Source: Clostridiales bacterium | Lineage (GTDB): Bacteria > Bacillota > Clostridia > Saccharofermentanales > DTU023 | DNA: 64,000 nt | Direction of reading: 5' to 3' | Assembly: GCA_004556455.1 (NCBI GenBank) | Contig: SFGY01000005.1 | Location: 72,712 to 136,711 of the forward strand | Part shown: piece after piece, positions 26,112 to 34,106 of the stretch | Layout: each line of letters begins with the position of its first letter | Numbering within the stretch: position 1 is the stretch's first letter | Position numbers and translations under genes: made by a program | Notes under the pieces: generated by a model | Seen by the model: only the letters and a program-made list of their open reading frames with translations | Database searches by the model: none | What the model was told of the DNA's origin: nothing

Positions 26112-28172
26112 ACGAAAAAAAACGGCTGCCAGCGGCGGAAGGTCCAGGACGAGCTCGCTCTGTTCATGAAATACCAGTTCTTTCGGTATCGCCGGAAGGG
26201 GCTGGTGCAAGGCCTTGAGACTCTCGTGATCGACGGCTGCCCCACCCACTTGCTGATCCAGTTTTTCCAGCAAGTGCTGGCGCTGCTTCAGGTAATTTTC
26301 ATGTTCACGCTCAAGTTCCCTGAGTGTTGCCCGGCAGCGGTCCTCGCGCTCCTGGCTTTGTCTTTTCATTTCCTTCTGACTGAGGGGATTGGTGGCGAAA
26401 ATTTTGCCCTGACTTGTCTCACCCCAGTAGCCGGAACCGCCAAAACGAACGTCATCACTGTTCAGCAGCAGCTCGTAGCGGCCATATTGGGGCACGCGCA
26501 GAACATAGCCGGGAAGCACGGCCGGGGTCATGTTGAAGAGGGCGAGGATGGTTTCATCCTGACCTTTGCGGACAAAGGCAAAAACGCTGTTTTCGGCGTC
26601 ATCAGCCTGCATCCATTCAAAGCCCTCCCAGGTCAGTGGCTTCTCCCAGAAGGCCCCATGCTTGAGGTAGAGATGGTTGAGCTCGCGGCTGTAATTTTGC
26701 AGAGCACGGTGCTGTTCAAGATCGAGCATAAACCACTCCAGCTGCTCACAGAAACGCCATTCAATAAACTGGCCGAACTCATTGCCCATAAAATTCAGCT
26801 TGGCGCCGGGGTGGGCGATCTGCCAGGCAAAGAGAACCCTGAGACTGGCGCACTGCCGCCAGATATCTCCCGGCTGACGGCCGATCAGAGAGAGCTTGCC
26901 ATGGACAACCTCATCGTGGGAATAGGGTAGGATATGGCGCTCGGCAAAGGCATAGGTCATGGAGAAGGTCATCTTATTGTGCACGTATTTACGCGCGTAG
27001 TAATCATTTTTGAAATACTCCAGCGTGTCGTGCATCCAGCCCATATTCCATTTGTGCGTGAAGCCAAGACCGCCCTCTTCCACAGATTTGGTGATGTAAG
27101 GGAAGGCCGTAGATTCCTCCGCCATGATGAAACAGCAGGGAAACTCATCGGCGAGCATCTTATTTAGGACGCGCAGAAAATCAATGGCATCGAGATTTTC
27201 GTTACTGCCATAGCGGTTCTTAATGGCCTCGTGGTGGCCATAATCCAGATAGAGCATGGAACTCACCGCATCCACACGCAAACCATCCAGATGCATCTCC
27301 CGCAGCCAGAAACAAGCGCTGGAAATCAGGAATGAACGCACTTCCGCCTTGGCAAAATCGAAGACCATCGTGCCCCATTCTTCCTGTTCGGCCAATCGGC
27401 TGTCCGCATATTCGTAGGTGGCGCTGCCGTCAAAGCGAAAGAGCCCAAACTCATCTTTGGGGAAATGTGCCGGAACCCAATCCAGAAAAACTTTAATACC
27501 TGCAGCGTGCAGGGTGTTGACCAAAAACTTAAAATCGAGTGGCGTGCCATAGCGCGAAGTCGGCGCAAAATAACCGGTCACCTGATATCCCCAGGAATCG
27601 TCGAGGGGATATTCCATAATGCCCATAAGTTCTACGGCGTTGTAGCCGAGGTCGAGGCAGTAATCCACAAGCTGAGGTGCAATATCTCTGTAATTGTAGC
27701 AATTGCCATCGTCGTAACGACGCCATGAGCCGAGGTGAACTTCGTAGATATTGAGTGGCTGAGGCTCCCGGGCATCTTTCCGTGCGCTGAGATAAGCTTC
27801 ATCCGTCCAGGCAAAGGGATTTTCATCGTAGACAATAGAAGAAGTGCCGGGTCTGTTTTCCTGGTGCAGGGAGAAAGGATCGGCTTTCCAGACACCTTTC
27901 CCGTCCTTTCCCACGACAAAATATTTGTAGCGGCTCCATGATGGCACGGCGCTGAGGGTCGTTTCCCAAATTCCTGTCTCGCCCAGTCGCAGCATCGGCT
28001 GAGCATTCACCGACCAGCCATTAAAATCACCGGCTAAACTGACCTTATGAGCATGTGGAGCCCATACGCGAAAGACTCTGGCGTCCTGCTCATCCAACTC
28101 AGTGCGATGCATCCCAAGAAACTTATAAGCTTCATAATTCTGACCAATATTAAAGAGATAGGCAGGATCCAT
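26097..28172 (-). CDS. glgB: 1,4-alpha-glucan branching enzyme
   Basis: GH13 motifs (DWVPAHF, GLRVDAV, AEESTAF, SHDEVVHGK); 691 aa with a coiled-coil insertion before the C-terminal LPPLAAV strand. Confidence 0.92.
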   Translation of the reverse strand: MDPAYLFNIGQNYEAYKFLGMHRTELDEQDARVFRVWAPHAHKVSLAGDFNGWSVNAQPMLRLGETGIWETTLSAVPSWSRYKYFVVGKDGKGVWKADPFSLHQENRPGTSSIVYDENPFAWTDEAYLSARKDAREPQPLNIYEVHLGSWRRYDDGNCYNYRDIAPQLVDYCLDLGYNAVELMGIMEYPLDDSWGYQVTGYFAPTSRYGTPLDFKFLVNTLHAAGIKVFLDWVPAHFPKDEFGLFRFDGSATYEYADSRLAEQEEWGTMVFDFAKAEVRSFLISSACFWLREMHLDGLRVDAVSSMLYLDYGHHEAIKNRYGSNENLDAIDFLRVLNKMLADEFPCCFIMAEESTAFPYITKSVEEGGLGFTHKWNMGWMHDTLEYFKNDYYARKYVHNKMTFSMTYAFAERHILPYSHDEVVHGKLSLIGRQPGDIWRQCASLRVLFAWQIAHPGAKLNFMGNEFGQFIEWRFCEQLEWFMLDLEQHRALQNYSRELNHLYLKHGAFWEKPLTWEGFEWMQADDAENSVFAFVRKGQDETILALFNMTPAVLPGYVLRVPQYGRYELLLNSDDVRFGGSGYWGETSQGKIFATNPLSQKEMKRQSQEREDRCRATLRELEREHENYLKQRQHLLEKLDQQVGGAAVDHESLKALHQPLPAIPKELVFHEQSELVLDLPPLAAVFFRLIDV

Positions 28173-28352
28173 AATACTTTCCTCCTGTCTGAATTATACG
28201 TTATGGGCCCTGTGAATCTCAAATGAAGATTTTTCTGAGATTTGAAAAAGGCGGCGGCCGGACTTAAAATGAAATGAACTTTTAAATTTATGGCCTGAAG
28301 GATGAAACAAGCTGTTTTCAAGCTTGATGGCCGTTTCTGGAAAGGAAAAACC

Positions 28353-29858
28353 ATGCCCTGCACAACTATTCTTGTTGGAAAAAAAGCTTCCTGTGATGGC
28401 TCAACTCTGGTCGCCCGTAACGAAGACTCCGGCGCCGGCGCTTACAGCCCCAAGAAGTTTATCGTCGTTAAGGCTGAAGACCAGCCCAAAACTTACCGTT
28501 CGGTTCTCTCTCATGTCAGCGTTGAGCTGCCGGAGAATCCTCAACGCATCACCCTGATGCCCAATGCCATCGATGACGAAGGTCTATGGGGCGCCTGCGG
28601 TTTTAATGAAGCGCGCGTTTTTATGACGGCCACGGAAACCATCACATCCAATGAACGGGTTCTTGCCGCAGATCCGCTCGTCGTTTATAAGAAGTCCGAG
28701 GGCAAAGAGGGCGAGAAAAATTTTGTGCCCGAACAAATTGGTGGCATCGGCGAAGAAGACCTGGTCAGCCTGGTTCTGCCCTTTATCCAAAGCGCCCGCG
28801 AAGGCGTTCTCCGCCTGGGTCGGCTGCTGGAGCAATACGGGACTTACGAAATGAACGGCATCGCTTTCCAGGATCAGGATAATATCTGGTGGATGGAAAC
28901 CGTCGGAGGGCACCACTGGATGGCCCGTCGTCTGCCAGATGACTGCTATGCGGTCATTCCTAATCAGCTGGGTCTGGATGCTTTCGATCTGGACGATGCT
29001 TTTGGCGCCAAAGAAAACTTTCTTTGCTCCGATGATTTGCGTGAATTTATTGAGAAATATCACCTCGATCTCTCCCTCGACGGCAGATTTAATCCCCGCG
29101 ACGCTTTTGGCTCACACAGTGATTCCGATCACATTTACAATACCCCCCGTGCCTGGATCCTCCAGCGCTATTTCAACCCCAATGAAAATATCTGGGATGG
29201 TGAGGATGCGGACTATCGTCCTGATTCTGACGATATTCCCTGGTGCCGCGTCCCTGAGCGCAAAATTACTGTAGAGGACTGTAAGATTGCGATGTCCAAT
29301 CACTTCCAGGGGACACCTTATGACCCCTATGGCAAGCATGGTGATCCGCTGAAACGCAACGCCTTCCGCTCCATTGCCGTTAATCGCACGAATTTCCTTG
29401 GCCTGGGTCAGATTCGTCCCTATCAGCCGGAGGCCATCAGCTGCCTGGAATGGCTGGCCGTGGGCTGCAACGTGTTCAATGCCATGATTCCTTTTTACGC
29501 GAACGTCAATACAACCCCTGCATACCTCTCTCAGGTCGGCCCGGAAGTTACGACGGAAAGCCTTTACTGGAACAGCCGCCTGATTGCGGCTCTCGCTGAT
29601 GCCCATTACAGTGATTGCAGTAACCTTGTTGAGCGCTATCAGAATCGTCTGCAGTCTCGCTGCCTTGAGTTGATCCACAAATTCGACCGGCAGTTTGTGG
29701 AGGAAAAGATCAGCGCTGCGGATGCTCCGGCTTTCTGTGAGAAGGCCAATGAGGAAATTGCAGCAGAGGCCAGGAAAGAGACCGCTCACCTTCTCGATAA
29801 GGTTCTGCACGCTGCCAGCAATAAGATGATTAACGGCTTTAGCCGCTCGGACGCCTGA
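28353..29858 (+). CDS. C69 family dipeptidase
   Basis: MPCTTILVGKKASCDGS N-terminus (catalytic Cys directly after the Met-Pro); about 500 aa. Confidence 0.8.
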   Translation: MPCTTILVGKKASCDGSTLVARNEDSGAGAYSPKKFIVVKAEDQPKTYRSVLSHVSVELPENPQRITLMPNAIDDEGLWGACGFNEARVFMTATETITSNERVLAADPLVVYKKSEGKEGEKNFVPEQIGGIGEEDLVSLVLPFIQSAREGVLRLGRLLEQYGTYEMNGIAFQDQDNIWWMETVGGHHWMARRLPDDCYAVIPNQLGLDAFDLDDAFGAKENFLCSDDLREFIEKYHLDLSLDGRFNPRDAFGSHSDSDHIYNTPRAWILQRYFNPNENIWDGEDADYRPDSDDIPWCRVPERKITVEDCKIAMSNHFQGTPYDPYGKHGDPLKRNAFRSIAVNRTNFLGLGQIRPYQPEAISCLEWLAVGCNVFNAMIPFYANVNTTPAYLSQVGPEVTTESLYWNSRLIAALADAHYSDCSNLVERYQNRLQSRCLELIHKFDRQFVEEKISAADAPAFCEKANEEIAAEARKETAHLLDKVLHAASNKMINGFSRSDA

Positions 29859-30244
29859 GGCGATTATTAGAACAAAAAGCAGCCTGCTCCGGCATTGGTC
29901 TGGACGAAAGCGACAAGGCTCTCCAGGAGATTCAGCTTGTTTCTCAGGGGAAACAGCTTTTCCATCTTCCCATGCCGGAGTAGTATTTTCTAAAGACAAA
30001 ACTTATTGCAACAATTTTTTCTTTCTTGGATCAAAGTCAATATAAGCCGATGTAGGCCAAATGTTACCCTTTTTGCCTTGAAACAAAGCCGGTCGCAAGT
30101 TACGATAGAAATGAAAGTGGTTCAAAAGTACTGATGCCGACAAAATAGCCGCATCGCTTCATAGCCACGAAGAGAGTAAGTAACATATCGAGCTTCCTGA
30201 CCTGTTCTTATCCGTTCAGCTCAGGATAGAAAAAGGAGAACAAA

Positions 30245-30622
30245 ATGGAAAAAGTAAAATTTTATCTTTGCAAAGAATGTGGTAATCTCGTCGTCCTTCT
30301 GCATGAAGGCGGTGGTCAGCTGGTTTGCTGCGGCCAGAACATGACTGAGCTCAAAGCCGGTACAACCGACGCAGCCAAAGAAAAACACGTCCCTGCCATC
30401 AAACGCGAAGGCAATCACATCGAAGTGCAGGTCGGCAGCGTTCTGCATCCGATGGAAGAAGATCACTTCATCACCAATATCATCGCTGTTCAGGGCGAAA
30501 AATTCCAGAATAAGAGCCTCAAGCCCGGTGACGAGCCCAAAGCCTGCTTTGACATTGCAGATGGCCCCGTGACGGTCTACGAATACTGCAACAAGCACGG
30601 TCTCTGGAAAGCCGAAGCCTGA
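30245..30622 (+). CDS. dfx: desulfoferrodoxin (2Fe superoxide reductase)
   Basis: N-terminal CKECGN...CCG desulforedoxin-like centre, EKHVP and C-terminal SOR domain (YCNKHGLW). Confidence 0.85.
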   Translation: MEKVKFYLCKECGNLVVLLHEGGGQLVCCGQNMTELKAGTTDAAKEKHVPAIKREGNHIEVQVGSVLHPMEEDHFITNIIAVQGEKFQNKSLKPGDEPKACFDIADGPVTVYEYCNKHGLWKAEA

Positions 30623-30793
30623 TCGCCCGCAGTGTGCGATCAGCCTCTGTGCGGAAGCCGCTTCCTCAGCCCAGTTCGAATTCAAAGCAGGGCTCTTTCT
30701 AAGCAAAGCTCTGCGCGCAGGAGGGGAAAGTTTTTAGCCCGGGAAAGATCAATAAAAAACTTCCGCTAAAAAGAAGCCCCTGAAGAAAATTAT

Positions 30794-30822
30794 TTGACAG
30801 ATGCGCCGACATTTTTTATAAT
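30794..30822 (+). promoter_or_regulatory. sigma-A type promoter of tRNA-Ser
   Basis: TTGACA (30794-30799), 17-nt spacer, TATAAT (30817-30822), about 40 nt upstream of the tRNA 5' end. Confidence 0.8.
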
Positions 30823-30862
30823 GACTTGGCTTTGCAGAATGTTGTAAAGCAATTTGGCGCCT

Positions 30863-30953
30863 GGAGAGTTGGCCGAGCGGCTGAAGGCGCACGATTGGAA
30901 ATCGTGTTAACGTTAATAGCGTTACGTGGGTTCAAATCCCATGCTCTCCGCCA
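30863..30953 (+). tRNA. tRNA-Ser (anticodon GGA)
   Basis: GGAGAGTTGGCCGAGCGG... 5' end, anticodon stem-loop cacga-TTGGAAA-tcgtg, long variable arm, GGTTCAAATCC T-loop, encoded CCA. Confidence 0.9.
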
Positions 30954-30973
30954 CAGCATTTTTTAAGAAATGC

Positions 30974-31007
30974 AAAACCCCTGAAACGTAATGTTTTCAG
31001 GGGTTTT
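30974..31007 (+). terminator. Rho-independent terminator after tRNA-Ser
   Basis: Stem aaaacccctgaaa/tttcaggggtttt with T-tail. Confidence 0.85.
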
Positions 31008-31153
31008 CATTTTCATGCAAATGTTTAACATTTGGGTTATAACGCTAAATTTGGGTTACTTTTTGGGTTATTGATTTTCTAATCATAGCATTCTGAAAGC
31101 TGCGGTAACGGCTTTTAGAATATAAGAAACCTATCCTGTGAAGCTATGGCTCC

Positions 31154-32083
31154 TCACGGAGCTGATGGGGAAGAGGCCATGCGCGCAGAATCCTCCACAA
31201 TTTTTTCAAGAAGCGCCATGTCAAACTGCTTTTCCATTTCGTCGGCAAGGCGTTCATAAACGAGCTCACGCTCCTCGCGGCTGGTCACAGGCGAGCCGCC
31301 ATGTTCGGCGGCTGAGAGGCTGTCTTCATCATCAATGCGTAAATCGAGCATGGGTAGCACGCCGAGCACAGGTTTGTGGCATAGCTCCTCAAGCTGCCGG
31401 AGACCTGGTTCGAGGAGCCTTATGTCGCCGCGAAACTTGTTGATGATAAGGGCACGAATGAGTTCGTTTTCTTCTGCTTCAATAAGGCCAAGAGTGCCGT
31501 AGAGTGAGGCGAAAACACCGCCGCGGTCGATGTCGCCGATGAGCAGCGCCGGCATATTTAAGCGTTTAGCCAGACCCAGGTTGACGAAATCGTCGCTTTT
31601 GAGGTTAATTTCAGCGGGGCTGCCCGCGCCTTCGACGAGAACAAGGTCGGCTTGTCGGGCCAGTGAGTCAAAGGCCGCGAGTATTCCCGGCCAGTATTTC
31701 TTTTTTTCACGATAGTAATCGACTGCACGCAGCACGCCCTCTTTTCGCCCCAGAAAGAAGACCTCAGAGCCCTGATCACTGAGCGGTTTCAGCAGCAGAG
31801 GATTCATCTCGGCCAGGGGTTCAGCCTTGCAGGCTTCAGCCTGCATGACCTGCGCCTTGCTGATTTCGCGCCCGTCCGGGAAAACATAACTGTTGGAGGA
31901 CATATTCTGTGACTTAAAAGGCAGAACCTTCAGGCCGCGGCGCGTGAAGAGGCGAGCTAAACCGGCGGTGAGCAAGCTCTTCCCCACCGAAGAGGAGGTC
32001 CCCAGCAGCATCAGGCGGCGACACTGCAAAGCAGCGGCCTTCGTGGAGGGTAAGTTCAACTCATGGAGACTTTTTTCATTCAT
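31154..32083 (-). CDS. cbiP: cobyric acid synthase (CbiP/CobQ) N-terminal ATPase domain only; glutamine amidotransferase domain absent
   Basis: GTSSSVGKS P-loop, PFKSQNMSSNSY, VEGAGSPAEINL, DIDRGGVFASLYGT, INKFRGD. The ORF ends after about 309 aa with an unrelated ~45-aa tail where the GATase-3 domain normally begins. Confidence 0.75.
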   Translation of the reverse strand: MNEKSLHELNLPSTKAAALQCRRLMLLGTSSSVGKSLLTAGLARLFTRRGLKVLPFKSQNMSSNSYVFPDGREISKAQVMQAEACKAEPLAEMNPLLLKPLSDQGSEVFFLGRKEGVLRAVDYYREKKKYWPGILAAFDSLARQADLVLVEGAGSPAEINLKSDDFVNLGLAKRLNMPALLIGDIDRGGVFASLYGTLGLIEAEENELIRALIINKFRGDIRLLEPGLRQLEELCHKPVLGVLPMLDLRIDDEDSLSAAEHGGSPVTSREERELVYERLADEMEKQFDMALLEKIVEDSARMASSPSAP

Positions 32084-32384
32084 TTGTATGTCTTCCTTTT
32101 ATTTTATCCTTGTCGAGTACGAGGGTGCTCGCCGACATTTTTTGTTCAGGCTGTAAGCCAATTCAATTGGCAGGATCATCCACTTGAGTACTGCGTTAAT
32201 TTTATCTCAGTTCACGCGAGATGCGAAAGGCTTTATGAAAGCCCCGAAATTTCGCGTTGTTTTGAATTACACGGTGGTTTTGAATTTTGCGCCTGTCCTG
32301 GATAAAGGCATCTCTTGAATATCACGCCTGTTTTGATATAGTAGAAGCAGTAGAAGTTCACTTCTGCAAAATCATACAATTCGA

Positions 32385-32480
32385 AAGACAGAGTAGGAAG
32401 ACTTGCGTCAAGTGCAGTGGGATGGGAAGTTGCCCGCTGACGAAAGAGACGGTGGACCCTGTGAAACCGTAAACTCTGCG
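32385..32480 (+). promoter_or_regulatory. THF (tetrahydrofolate) riboswitch aptamer
   Basis: ACAGAGUAG-N8-GCGUCAAGUG-CAGUGGG-AUGGGAAGUUG-CCCGCUG-ACGAA... matches the conserved 5' half of the folT-motif/THF-I aptamer as I recall it. It sits upstream of a folate-family ECF S component. Confidence 0.7.
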
Positions 32481-32557
32481 GTGAGTCTCCCGCGTCCGCT
32501 GCCGCTTAAGCTGCTTATCACTCCTTTTGTGGCAACTGTCATGAAAGGAGCTTTTTT

Positions 32558-33130
32558 ATGATTAAGCGTACCCGTATGCTGACCACAAGCGCTTTGCTTG
32601 CGGCTCTGGTCGTCATTCTCGGCCAGTTTTCCCTGAGAATTGGCAACAGTTTTAAATTTACCCTTGACGAGATTCCCATCTATATCGGCGCCCTTCTCCT
32701 GGGTCCGGTCTGCGGTACTGCCGTCGGGGGCATTGGCACCCTTATTTCCCAGCTTCTGGCGTATGGGCTCAGTCCGACCACCCCCATGTGGATGTTGCCG
32801 AACATCAGCACGGGTCTATTGGCAGGAATCTATGCCAAAAAACAAAATTACAGGCTGAGCAAGAGGCAGGCCATCTTCATTTTGCTTTTCTGCAATCTCG
32901 TGAGTACGACACTGAATACGCTCTTTATTTATATCGACGCGCATATTTATGGCTACTACACTCCTGCCCTGATTCTGGGTATGTTGATCCCGCGCTATCT
33001 TCTTTCCAGTACTAAGGGTGTTGTCTATGCCCTGGTTCTCCCTCCGCTTGTTGAGAGACTGCGTAGTGCACTTAAAATGGATAGCAACTGGGTTTCAGCC
33101 AGGAAAGCCAAGACGAATGATCTGACATAA
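32558..33130 (+). CDS. folT: ECF transporter S component, folate family
   Basis: 190-aa six-TM protein, LAALVVILGQFS...IPIYIGALLLGPVCG... typical of FolT-type S components; preceded by the THF riboswitch. Confidence 0.75.
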   Translation: MIKRTRMLTTSALLAALVVILGQFSLRIGNSFKFTLDEIPIYIGALLLGPVCGTAVGGIGTLISQLLAYGLSPTTPMWMLPNISTGLLAGIYAKKQNYRLSKRQAIFILLFCNLVSTTLNTLFIYIDAHIYGYYTPALILGMLIPRYLLSSTKGVVYALVLPPLVERLRSALKMDSNWVSARKAKTNDLT

Positions 33131-33256
33131 TTGCAAGTTTTCGGATCATCTGGCTTGGCTGCGGATTTTGTACGAACGAGAGTTTCCCTGCTTTAGAAAG
33201 GCCTGAAACCAGGCCCATCCAGGAAAATGAATGCCTATCCTCGGCGTGACTTCCCC

Positions 33257-34036
33257 TTATGCACCGAGATAGGCTTTTCTGACCAGAGGATCGTTCATCA
33301 ATTCTTTAGCTGAACCCTCCAGAGCAATACTTCCCGTTTCCAGTATATAGGCCCGATCCGAAATGGAGAGGGCCTTTTTGGCGTTCTGCTCGACAAGTAA
33401 AATGGTCACGCCATCTTCTTTTAAGCTCTGAATCAGCTCGAAAATCATCGATACAAAAAGAGGGGAGAGGCCCATAGAAGGCTCATCCAGGAGCAGGAGA
33501 TCCGGGTGTGACATCAGCGCCCGCCCCACGGCAAGAAGCTGCTGTTCGCCGCCGGAAAGGGTACCTGCACGCTGCAGTTTGCGCTCCCGCAGGATGGGAA
33601 ATCTGTCATAGTAAGCTTTGCGTCGTGCTTTCAGGACTTCAGGTCCGTCCTTTACAGCGAAAGCGCCAAGCTTGATGTTGGACGAAACGGAGAGGTCGGC
33701 AAAAATACGCCTCCCCTCGGGAACCTGAGCGAGTCCGCTTCTCACGATTTTTTCAGGGTTTTTGCCACAGATATTATTACCCTTGAAAAGAATCTGGCCG
33801 GATTTAGCTTTCAACAAACCGGAAATGCATTGCATTGTCGTCGTCTTGCCGGCTCCATTGGCGCCGATGATGGAGACGATTTCCCCTTGTTTGACATGAA
33901 AACTCACATCTTTGATGGCGTGAATATGGCCATAATAAACATTCAGTTTTTGCACCTCGAGAAAGGCCATTTCACGAGTTTCTGGCGAAGCGTTGCCGGC
34001 ATTTGGCCGCCAATATTTCTGACATTGAAAAGACAT
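33257..34036 (-). CDS. livF: branched-chain amino acid ABC transporter ATP-binding protein (LivF type)
   Basis: Walker A GANGAGKTT, signature LSGGEQQ, Walker B LLLLDEPS. The ATG at 34036 was chosen because AAGGAGAG lies 4 nt upstream. Confidence 0.85.
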   Translation of the reverse strand: MSFQCQKYWRPNAGNASPETREMAFLEVQKLNVYYGHIHAIKDVSFHVKQGEIVSIIGANGAGKTTTMQCISGLLKAKSGQILFKGNNICGKNPEKIVRSGLAQVPEGRRIFADLSVSSNIKLGAFAVKDGPEVLKARRKAYYDRFPILRERKLQRAGTLSGGEQQLLAVGRALMSHPDLLLLDEPSMGLSPLFVSMIFELIQSLKEDGVTILLVEQNAKKALSISDRAYILETGSIALEGSAKELMNDPLVRKAYLGA

Positions 34037-34106
34037 TCTGCTCTCCTTTGAGCTTAGGGTTCTTGCAAGCGCTCTGACAAGCGGTGAATCAATCTGGACA
34101 GCTGGT

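Noticed and set aside
32084-32340. Cobalamin riboswitch in the ~250-nt leader of the truncated cbiP (minus strand)
   Set aside because: Only a B12-box-like word (AGUGGAUGAUCCUGCC) and some hairpins (gccaattgaattggc; gcgaaa...tttcgc) are present. The conserved GGGAA / GGUG..AAUCC / GCCACUG core could not be found by eye. An Infernal scan is needed before any call.
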